Source: Neodothiora populina (taxonomy: Eukaryota). From it: 64,000 nucleotides of DNA. The position numbers and the translations under genes are program-made. The stretch covers positions 124,001 through 188,000 of the forward strand of contig NW_027191415.1 of assembly GCF_041146345.1 (NCBI RefSeq), read 5' to 3'. The first letter of the stretch is position 1; every line of letters starts with the position of its first letter. The notes beneath the pieces were generated by a model that was given only the letters and a program-made list of their open reading frames with translations, searched no databases and was not told the origin of the DNA. Shown piece by piece: positions 37,324 through 47,652 of this stretch.

Positions 37324-37442
37324 ACATACAGCAGCTGGGATTCCCACGTGGTCACCCACCGTAGTACTAATCAGCCGGTCAACTGCTTATGTCTGGCAGA
37401 GCGGACGGGATGCCCAGTTCTCAGCTGCCTGTGGCCGTATGT
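37324..37442 (-). rRNA. 5S rRNA, dispersed copy, 119 nt
   Basis: ACATACGGC...GCTGTATGT terminal helix; internal CATCCCGTCCGCTC and TTAGTACT..GGTGGGTGACCAC motifs; T-run Pol III terminator immediately after. Confidence 0.95.
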
Positions 37443-37572
37443 ATTGTAACCAGTCAATAATGCAGAATAGATAGTTTTATCATGATTGAGCACGTGTATG
37501 CAAGTCATTTCCTGTATGGGTATGGGGACATTACTTTCAATCGCTTCATCTATCATAAAAATAAGTACTTCT

Positions 37573-38697
37573 CTACTCTCCTCGATCAACAGCCTCCAAA
37601 GTCTCCTCAATCGTCTCCCCAAGCAGTTTAAAGCCCCTTTCGAAATGCTTGACCAGAATTTCCTCGGCCCTCTCGCGCGGCACGACATGTGTAAAATCAC
37701 GTCCATAGTCGCCCGAGTCTATCGGGAAGTCGTGCTTTGGACGCAGGACCCGTAGCAATTGAAGGATGTCGTTGAAGTTGTAAGCTTCTCCGAAGGCGAA
37801 AATGCGCTCGTTGACTATCGTCGGGTCTGTGAGTGCTGCGACGTGCAGACGGGCTGTGTCGCCTGCGTTCACCATCCATTCTGTTGTTGGCTTTGTTAGT
37901 GGCTAGGTAGATCTTCAAGGTGTGGGAGGGCGTGTAGTCAGTGGATACTCACGAGGTGGTAGTGATTTGAGAAAAGCCATGGATGCCTCCCGTTTCTCGC
38001 CCTTGTCGGCATACATGTCAACCACAACACCGCCAGTGCTGCCACTCTGGCCGTACCGTCTTCCTAGTACTTTTCCCAGCACAAGATTCGGTAAGACGGC
38101 ATTAGCCTCGAACTTTAGTCTTCCCTTATTCTCCTCCATGAACTTCCACATGGCCTTCTCGCCTAGCGCTTTACTTGCGCAGTAGACATGAGCGCCTTTC
38201 GTCGGGCTATCGTCACTCTCTTTGTACGCCTGCTCGACAGAGTAGTCATTCCAGCTATCCTGCGTGATTTTGATTTCCTTGTTCGGCGTGGCAAATAGCG
38301 CCGCCGCACTCGAGCTCGTAAGTACGAATCGAACGACACTGTCCGTCTTGGCCACCGATTTCAGCACGTTCTCTACTCCGCCGACGACAGAGGAGATGAC
38401 GCGCTCCGCATCACTGCTGAAACTGAGATCACTGGCGACATGAGCCACGCCGGCGCAACCCTGCATCGCTTCAAGAAAGGCATCGGGCGTACTCATGTCC
38501 GGTACGACCGCCAGTTCAAATCGACCTGCTCCGTATCTCTCGGAAAAGTAGTCTTTCAGCCAACTACCACGAGGCTCGGCGCGGACGGTGCCTCGTACGT
38601 GGAAACCGCATGAGAGGAGTTGGTCCACTACGTGGGAGGCTAGGAAGCCATTCGCGCCTGTCACTAGTACTTTGCTGCCGAGGGGGATTCGAGACAT
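37573..38697 (-). CDS. NAD(P)H-dependent aldehyde reductase II-like / extended SDR epimerase-dehydratase; join 38697..37953, 37880..37573
   Basis: VLVTGANGFLA, HVAS, LTSSSAA, YCASK; GTGAGT..ACTAAC..CAG intron 37952..37881. Confidence 0.92.
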
Positions 38698-39627
38698 GAT
38701 TTCCGTTTCGCTGCTATGTGTTTATTGCGTAGAGAAGCTGTTGCGATCTTTTTTGAGCAAAGATCTGGTGAGTAATGCCCTGTGGTTCGCTTAGTGTTGG
38801 CAATTACCTTTGCCGATGTGGTTTGACTAAGGCAACGTGATGATCGAAGAGAGAAAGGTAGGAAAAGTTGCAGTAGAAAAGTTTATAACATTGTCGAAAA
38901 GAGTCCGAAGTAGGAACAGGTAGCTTGATTGTATACATAAGGTATTTATGGGAACATTTCAGGATATCTTAATTACTGAATGACGAGCTACGTCCGTCGA
39001 AGGTCCGGAGCAGAGCCGAGAGCTTGTGCGCGCTATCGCAATCGGACGTTTCGCCAGAATGGACATATTGTTGTGCATGTGTGAAATGGAGAGTCGGACT
39101 GATTGATCAAAGTCCTTCTAGTGCTGTACGGATGAGTCTGTCTCTGTATCTGATCTGAAAAGAATCGCAAACGACGCCAGTAGCGATCACGGCGTTGCAC
39201 AGGTGAGCTCATCGTCGGATGTTGGTTTACAGGTCGCTGGTCCAAGTGCTTACAAGATCTGAAACTTTTTCACGATTACTGTCCCGCCACCAGCGGCGCC
39301 GATAGAGTCCCCGCATGACGTTTTGGTGGGATCGCGCCAGGACTTCCGTTTAGAACATAAGGTGAGAAGGTAAACATCCGAACAAGTCCAGAGGATATTG
39401 GCTTTAGAAGGTATGTTGTTGGCAGAGAGCACAAGTACAACATGTACAGCGTGTGATATAACAATCATTGCATCGAGCAACACATCGTTAGTCTACATAA
39501 TCCAAGGTGGGATATCTAGGAATTTCAAAAGGTGCTTGAGAAACAACCACCTTCGCTGTACCAAATGCATTTTCAGAAACTGTATCTACATGAATGAGAA
39601 GAAGCATTCATTTAATCCTTCCCATGA

Positions 39628-40880
39628 TCATAATCTTGCTTTGATAGGCTGATCAGCCGGTGCAGCTCTATCTTGAATGGCCACCGCAACGATGACAGCG
39701 ATGTCATCCGGCTTTCCTCCTCGCCAATTTTCATTAGGGTAGTACCTATGCACCTCCTTAGCGAACGGACCATTCCTTCGCTGATCGAGACCGGCAAGTT
39801 TGGCTGCTTTCGTGACGGCATATGCCAGTTCTGCTGGCAGGCTGTCCACTGCTTTCGAGGCGTCTTTGTCTGATGGCGGAGGTCTTAGAGCATCTGTATT
39901 TACATTTGCAGTTGAGCCCTTGGAGGAAGACCAGTAGCCGTGCTTCTCCATGAGCGGAGTGATTATAGCGAGGGTATCTATTGGGCTGAGATTGTCCCAT
40001 ACACCATCTGTTGCGAACACCAGCACATCGCCGTGCGTTACTTGGTGATTTGTGACGTCTGCGTCCTTGGGCGATTCTGAGATGGCAGCACCCCTGCCGA
40101 ACATGGCGTTCTGTGCGCGCATACGCGGAGTGAGCTTTGATAATTGGTAAGGTGTGTTGAATGCGTGTGTCTGCGCCGGAGATCTGAAAGCGACCTTGTT
40201 CGGTTGAAGGATAAGAAACCCCGAATCACCGAGGCTGCAACAGGACTCCGTCAGTGATCATTCCAGAGGGGCATGCTCCGAATTAACATCCTTGGGGCAG
40301 CTTACTTTGCGACTTCAACGCTTCCGTTAGGCTGCATGGCAGCAATGCAGGCTGTACTTCCACCAGCAGCAATTTTTTGATTTGCCTGCACAAGATCGTA
40401 GCCGTGCTGTAGCAGTTTCTGAGGCCGGAGGTCGTCTGCGCTCTCAGGACGGTAGGTCTTCTCAGCCATGTATTTACATAGACCATGCGAGAACTCTCCT
40501 GGATCAACGCCTGAATCCGCCCAGCCTCCGACTCCGTCAGCAATACCAAAGGCAACATAGCGGTTACTCTTGGCTATGTGCGCCATGAAGAATGCATCTT
40601 CGCCAGAGTGTCGCGGTAAAGAAGTGAAAAAGGAAGGATCGCGATCTAAAAGGCTATTATTGAAAAGTGTTTTGCCGTTCTCTGCCGGTCGAAGACTGGT
40701 TTTCTTGCTACAAGATGAAGCACCCAAGCGATAAGAAAAGGGGGCCATTGAGGAGTGGGAGTGCCATCGTGCGGTACCCTGTGCCCAGATACGGTTGAGT
40801 ATAGAATTTGCAGTCACTTGCGGACGGGTCTGCTCCATCATTTGGCGGACGGCATTATGAGGAAATCGTGCAGCTAACAT
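39628..40880 (-). CDS. PTC7: PP2C-type protein phosphatase, PTC7/Azr1 family; join 40880..40306, 40234..39628
   Basis: SGEDAFF, ADGVGGW, GGSTAC, AN|LGDSG, QTHAFNTPYQLS, ATDGVWDN, GGKPDDI. Confidence 0.92.
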
Positions 40881-41452
40881 GGACGAAAGGCTGATAAGAA
40901 GTGGAATAATACTATGGCATGTCGTTGGTATAGATCGAAAGAGATTGTAGAGAAGAGGACAGCCTCGTGCTAGACATGAGTGGGTGGCCCCGAACGAGGT
41001 AAGACTTACAGTGATATGATTAGATAAGTCTTTACAGAAGGCATCGAAGAAGAAGAGGTATTGATGTCATGCACAAAAGATAAAAACATGTGGATCGTAA
41101 CTGGGTACTGTACCCTACTCGTACCTGCGAGGCACCCGTCGGTCAAACTTTCGTGTCTCGGACATTGCGATGATTATTTCCTTTGGCACTTGCCTTGTTC
41201 CCGACACTTTTGACAATGAAATGGTCACAATGTGGGGAAGGAACCTGGCGCGACTTCTGTAAATGGAAGTGGCAGATTCGACCATCAGCAATTATTGCTA
41301 TACATCTTCCTCTGCGGATCTGACATTACAGAAGAGCTCACATTGATCCACACTAAAAGATCAAGTGCAGGATTGCATAGACTAAAAAGCGCGGCTCTTC
41401 TAAACAACTCTTTTGCACCTTACGCATCGTTCGCCTGCTGGATACCGCAGCC

Positions 41453-43139
41453 ATGGCGATGCATCCATCGCGACAGGCGTACGTGGAGGAGGCAGGACAA
41501 GAGGTGAGCCATACTACCCCGAGCATTGCGTCGCATGTGTTTACATGTGTATACAGTTCTGGACCGTCCCATATGCTAGCACAGAAAGCAGCCAACGGGG
41601 CAGACTGGGCGCAAACACAGAGCTAATCAAAATGATCACCAGGATACGGAAATGACATATGACCTCAGCAATGTGCCGATGGATACAGATTATTACATGC
41701 CCAATGAAAGCGGCACAAACGAGAAGGCATCAGCTGTTCTTGCACAATTCACCCGGAAGCGCAATCTCGCCGCCGTGGCAGTTCCCACTGACGATGGCAA
41801 AGTTCGCGCCAGACTACGAGAACTCGGTGAGCCGATCACATTGTTCGGAGAACGACCAGAAGATCGCCGAGACCGTCTGAGGGAGCTGTTGTACACTGCG
41901 CAGGAAGGAGGAGAGGATGTGGCCATGGAGGACACTGCGGAGGCGGAAGAAGACGACGACGAAAACCAGGAATTTTACACCCAAGGCTCAGACGAACTTA
42001 TCGAGGCGAGGAAACACATTGCACTCTACTCATTACCACGCTCGCGTCAACGTATACACTATCAGAGGCTTGAAACGACAATTCCTTTGCAACGGCACGT
42101 CGAGCATCGTCAGAGGATCAGGGAGAGGCTGTCTGGGTTTGAACTTTTCGGCTCTCAGATTGCTGGAGAGAGACCGGTGGGTATGGCTCGCTTCTCGCCA
42201 AACGGCGAAACAATTGCGGCAGGAAATTGGGGCGGCACGATCAAATTGCTCGACGTGCCTAATCTGAATGAGAAAGGGCTACTACGGGGTCACACCGCAC
42301 AAGTGAGCGGTATCGCCTGGCTACCTGGTTCGACACTATCTGGTACCACTGTTTCTCCTGGCAGTCTCAACCTTGCATCAGGCGGTGGAGAGGGCAATGT
42401 TCATCTTTGGTCACTAGAACAAGACACGCCGATCGCAACCCTCTCCGGCCATGGTGGTCGCGTTTGCAGGACAGAATTTCACCCTTCTGGCAAATACCTC
42501 GCATCTGCATCTTACGATACAAGCTGGCGCCTGTGGGATGTGGAGACGACTACGGAGCTATTGCTTCAAGAAGGTCATTCCCAAGAAGCATACACTGTGG
42601 CGTTCAACACAGACGGCTCGCTTCTTGCATCCGCCGGGCTTGATAGTATCGCATGTCTCTGGGACTTGCGCTCCGGTCGCCGCGTTCTGTATCTGGAATC
42701 ACACATCAAGCCTATCTATGGACTGGACTGGAGCCCTGACGGCTATCGCATCATGACAGCGTCAGGAGATGGATTTGCAAAATGCTGGGACATCCGTCAA
42801 ATGCGCGAAACAGCGTCCATAGGTGCGCACAAGGGTGGCGTGACGGATCTCAAGTGGTTCAAGGGCCTTGATGGACCTCTCAGTGGCAAGGATCCCGCCA
42901 AAGCATCCGACAACGAGGACCTGATTCCCAAGAAGGCCGGTACTTTCTTTGTGTCTGGAGGCTTCGACAGGAACGTCAAGATCTTCTCTGCCGATGACTG
43001 GGCGCTGTGCAAGACGTTGAGCGGTCACTCAGGGCATGTCTTGAGCACTGATGTCACAAGTGATGGAAAGTGGATTGTCAGCTCAAGTTACGACCGTACA
43101 GTGAAGTTGTGGGGACGAGATGCTATGGACGCTCTATGA
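41453..43139 (+). CDS. PRP4: U4/U6 snRNP protein Prp4 (PRP4 motif plus WD40 repeats); join 41453..41503, 41643..43139
   Basis: VPTDDGKVRARLRELGEPITLFGERPEDRRDRLR followed by WD repeats (LLQEGH, SASYDTSWRLWD); GTGAGC..GCTAAT..CAG intron. Confidence 0.95.
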
Positions 43140-43699
43140 TTCTCGATGCTACAAGACTAATGGGGTTTGTGAAATATAAATAGAAGACTTCACTGTACAT
43201 TGAGTAGAAGACCTCACTCCACTTTGAGTGGATGATACATTGATAGTAGTGATGGGCAAGTGATGGGCAGCAGGAAAAGGTGCAACCCTGGAATAATCAA
43301 TCCAGGCCTTGGCAGTTGCCCCGACAACAGTAGCGCGGCGAAAACAAAGCGCGACGCCGAAGCAACTGGACGTCAATTCACACCTCGAACTTTCTTGGAG
43401 TCCACCACGACCAGCGACAAAACATGTATAATCCTTTGCGACGATAGCGCTCCGACACCATTGACCCTGCGTGAATTAGCCAGCGACATAATATCTAGCA
43501 TTCCATTTATGGAGATAGTTTTTGGACGCGCAATTGGCCGCTTTACCCCCTCAGGACGACGCACGTAACACTACCTTCTTTAATACACCCCCGACAAACA
43601 CCATCATCCGACATCATCGGAGAATAAAATAGCACATCCTGGTATTTGAATCTCTAGTGAAACTACCGAGATAGCGCATCCAGTAGTTTTCTGCATTCA

Positions 43700-46396
43700 A
43701 TGAGCAGCTATCAACAATCACGACCTTATTTGCGCAGAGGATCCCCGTTGTCCATATTCAACCCATCACAAGGATTCGCTTCCGACGCGCCAATGTTGCA
43801 AAAAATCGACGTGGGCGACTCGTCCGATGATGAGATTCCCCAGCCCATGAAATTCAGTGCCTTGACGAAGGCTTTGCTTGAGTCAGGCGCAACTCCGGAG
43901 AAGCAAGACAATGGAAGGGAGTCACGCAACGACTCCCATCATTACGCGGCGATGAAAGACCTGGAAACCGCTGCAATTGATACACCGAGTAGAGCTCCAC
44001 TGTTGAAAATTGTACGCCGTGGCTCGCCTTCGGTCACCGGGTCTGGCCGTAAATCACCTCCTCGTGTTGTTCACGTCAGTGGGGGCAGACCAGAATCGGC
44101 GAGAAGGACTGTGAGTGTCCACGACGCCGCTTCTGTGAGAGGCAGAAATGGAACGCCGCGTAATGAATTTAAGACTCCTGCTCCATCTCGAGTCACCAGA
44201 TCTGAGAGACAGCGATCCGAGAGTCGACACGCATCACCTATGACCGGCTATGAAGCATCCGCCACACGATCAGCATCCAGCCAGGATCACCATCTAGAGA
44301 ATCAGGATCAGACTGAAGACCACTTTTCGACGTCACGTGGTCCGGACCATTTGTACAGACATGTTCCATCGACTTTGGCGCGATCGAGAAACGTGTCGGG
44401 CGAGCCCATTCCACCTCCTGGATCAACGCGAGTCAAGAGGGTCCCCATAGGAGCGGGTAGTTTCCTCCGTGGTGCGCCGGTCCGGCGAGGGTTCCGCCGT
44501 CGTGAGAGCGACGACAACGTCAACCCAGATGATCAGCCGACCGCGGCCGACGGCACAATCAACGAAGACCAGCAGAATGAAGGACCCGAGGCTGGGTCTT
44601 TAGGCAACAGTTCGAGCATGCTCTCTGGCCCTTCCCAGCCCCGACACGAGTTTGCCTCGTCTAGAGGCCATAGCCGAGACGTACCTGTTCCTGGCAGGCG
44701 AGACATGAGCCTCGAGCGTCCACGTGGCCGTTCAAGTTTGGGATTGAGGTCTGAATCTAGGCAATCGAGCCAGGAACGGGACAACAGACAAATCAGCACA
44801 GAGCGACATTCGCGACAACCAAGCGCTGAGTTTCTATCAAATCCAGAACGAAATGGCTCCTTGGCACGAGAAGCAGCTCATGTGAATCCCTCGAGACGAC
44901 CAAGCAACGACCGTTCAGGCCTCAGGCCGCATATCGACCAACAACTACCACTGCAGCAGCGGCGACCTAGCCTGTCCCGTCCGCCACCTATGCGACCGTC
45001 CTCAAGACATACCGACGCAGCCTCAGACCAAGAGAATATGCCGCCCCCAACCTTCAGACGCAACAACAAGGAGAACGATTTCAAACTGCTTGGGAAACTA
45101 GAGAAGGTGTCTCTACAGAATGTCGAAAAGGCACGACACGTTGCCGAGACGCCTGTACCCGTGCCTTCACGACACTCGCCACGCAGACCTCTGGTATCGA
45201 TTAGCAACAACACGCCTGCCCGACCGGCCCCGCCACCGCCGCCTAAGATGTCCGTACTTGACGCGGCCACAAAAACAGCAGGAGCTAGCACTACTAAGAG
45301 CAAGAAGCGACGACAGCACATCTTGGTGAACGGCAAGCTTTTCACACAAATGAACAAAGTCGGCAAGGGAGGTAGCAGTGACGTGTATTGTGTCATGGCA
45401 GAGAACTACAAGCTTTTTGCCCTGAAGAAAGTTAAACTCGAAGATTGCGATGAGACAGCCATGCGCGGGTTCAAGGGAGAAATCGACCTTTTGGAGAAAC
45501 TCAAAGATGTCGAACGAGTCGTCCGCTTGTTCGACTGGGAACTGGATAACGAAAAGCAGATTCTCTCCGTGCTCATGGAAAAGGGCGATAATGATCTGAA
45601 CCGCACTCTGACCATCCAGCTCAATGGGTCTGACCCCAAGTTCGACCCGGTATTGACTCGGTTCTTCTGGAAAGAGATGCTGGAGTGTGTCCAAGCAGTT
45701 CATGAGCATGACATTGTACACTCGGATCTGAAGCCCGCAAACTTTCTTTCCGTACAAGGCAAACTCAAGTTGATCGATTTCGGCATCGCGAACGCAATCG
45801 ACATTGACAATACCGTCAACGTTCATCGCGACACGCACATCGGAACTCCGAATTACATGTCACCAGAGAGCATCACAGACACAAACGCGCCCACGCCTGG
45901 ATCAGCCCGCGACGGCAGCGGCGGCAGGATGATGAAACTCGGCAAACCCTCAGACGTGTGGAGTCTAGGCTGTATTTTGTACCAAATGGTCTATGGCCGT
46001 CCCCCATTCGCACACATTGCGAACCAGATTTCCCGTATCATGGCAATCACAAACTCGCGCGTCGTGATCGAATACCCATCCACCGGCGTTGGTGGCGTCA
46101 ATGTGCCGCCGGCAGTCAAGAACACACTGCGCAAATGCCTGCAACGAGACCCCTCGGCCAGACCCACTGTTTCTCAGCTATTAGCGCGGAACGACCCTTT
46201 TCTGTATCCTGAAGCCGGTAACAGTGTCTCTATGAGCGAAGAATTGCTGGCGCAGATCATCGACAAGGTCGTCGAGAGATGCAAGGACCCGAGAGGAGTC
46301 CCCGGCAGGGAAGAGGTCAAGGCCTATCCCGCGAGTTTCATGGGTAAAATACGGGAAATGATAGAGTTTGACGGGGTCGCTGTCTCCAAGGATTGA
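43700..46396 (+). CDS. MPS1: Mps1/TTK spindle-checkpoint kinase
   Basis: GKGGSSDVY, ALKKV, IVHSDLKPANF, LKLIDFGIANAI, GTPNYMSPE, DVWSLGCILYQM; long disordered N-terminus. Confidence 0.93.
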   Translation: MSSYQQSRPYLRRGSPLSIFNPSQGFASDAPMLQKIDVGDSSDDEIPQPMKFSALTKALLESGATPEKQDNGRESRNDSHHYAAMKDLETAAIDTPSRAPLLKIVRRGSPSVTGSGRKSPPRVVHVSGGRPESARRTVSVHDAASVRGRNGTPRNEFKTPAPSRVTRSERQRSESRHASPMTGYEASATRSASSQDHHLENQDQTEDHFSTSRGPDHLYRHVPSTLARSRNVSGEPIPPPGSTRVKRVPIGAGSFLRGAPVRRGFRRRESDDNVNPDDQPTAADGTINEDQQNEGPEAGSLGNSSSMLSGPSQPRHEFASSRGHSRDVPVPGRRDMSLERPRGRSSLGLRSESRQSSQERDNRQISTERHSRQPSAEFLSNPERNGSLAREAAHVNPSRRPSNDRSGLRPHIDQQLPLQQRRPSLSRPPPMRPSSRHTDAASDQENMPPPTFRRNNKENDFKLLGKLEKVSLQNVEKARHVAETPVPVPSRHSPRRPLVSISNNTPARPAPPPPPKMSVLDAATKTAGASTTKSKKRRQHILVNGKLFTQMNKVGKGGSSDVYCVMAENYKLFALKKVKLEDCDETAMRGFKGEIDLLEKLKDVERVVRLFDWELDNEKQILSVLMEKGDNDLNRTLTIQLNGSDPKFDPVLTRFFWKEMLECVQAVHEHDIVHSDLKPANFLSVQGKLKLIDFGIANAIDIDNTVNVHRDTHIGTPNYMSPESITDTNAPTPGSARDGSGGRMMKLGKPSDVWSLGCILYQMVYGRPPFAHIANQISRIMAITNSRVVIEYPSTGVGGVNVPPAVKNTLRKCLQRDPSARPTVSQLLARNDPFLYPEAGNSVSMSEELLAQIIDKVVERCKDPRGVPGREEVKAYPASFMGKIREMIEFDGVAVSKD

Positions 46397-46822
46397 TTGT
46401 TTCGTTTGTTTCTTGCTGTTTCGCTCTTTTTTTATTCAGAGGAGACTAAGATGATAATGAGGAAAGACAAGTCATGTATGAGTTTGCCATACTCGACGAT
46501 AAGAAAGAGTTGGAATCGATGGAGAGACAGACGAACAAATGGTTGATATGTCCCCTCTTTTCATTAGCCCTTATTGATACTCAGGGTGTCTTGATTCAAG
46601 AGCATCATTTTCGCTCGCTTATATCCCACTACGTTAATTTTTTCCTTTCTGTCTGTCTTTTAACGGGAAATCGAGCTGGGTGGAGGGTGCTTATGGAAGA
46701 GGAACAGTTATGGAAAAGGAAAAGGAAAGGGGATGGAGTTCATCATCAGCGATGCGTTTGTTCCTTCGTTTGCTTCTCTAGGATTACCGATACCAATACC
46801 AAGTCACTACTATTTCTCCTTT

Positions 46823-46864
46823 CATACATACACACACACACATACATACTCTCTCTCTCTCTCT
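46823..46864. repeat. Compound (CA)n/(CT)n microsatellite; a (GCAG)n tract lies nearby at ~47000-47022
   Basis: catacatacacacacacacatacatactctctctctctctct. Confidence 0.85.
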
Positions 46865-47652
46865 ATCCATGATTCCCTTAAGGTCTCGGCACATCTCTGT
46901 CTGTCCTGTCTGTGCTGCGTGGACAGGGTGACGCCGAAACACGTAAACACCCGAAGACTCTCAAAGGCTGGCTAGTCGAGAGCGATGAATTGAGTGTGGA
47001 GCAGGCAGGCAGGCAGGCAGGCAAGCATAGGTACCAGAGCCACTCAAGCCAAGAAGACGAACAGAGTACCATTCGACAAAGCGAGGAAGTCACTCAGAAT
47101 AGAAACCAGAAAGCAACAGAGTCGAGAAAGACGGTCGAACCTTCGACGCTTTCGTCATCTCTATCAGACTCGAGACAAGAAGAAAAAGGGAATTGTTGAG
47201 GTCTGGATCATAAGACTGTATTTTTGTTTTCCACTCGAGGAGAAAAAAGGGGAATGTGGAAGAAAGATATATATACGTCAGAACGCGCACCGCCATGCAT
47301 GCATGCGTCGAAAAAAAAGAAGGGGAAGTCCTGATGACGAATCAACCGCGATAAGCTGGAAGCAGCAGTGACAGAAAATGTAGCGTTTCCCCTCTACAGC
47401 CACGGGAAAAACAACAGACGAATGAATAGAAAATGAATCTCGAAACAAAAAACGCCATTCCCTCTCGTCCGGTTCCTTGCCCAGCCCCACGCTATGCCAA
47501 ACAACAACAGATCATCAGAAAAAAACAACAAACAAATCTCGTTCCGGATGCATTAATAGTTTGCCCCTTCTTCTCTTCATCTTTTCGCCGTCGAGTCTCG
47601 AATGCTCACAGATAAGACTTTTGTGCGAGAAAAGAAAAGAAAAAAATAATAA

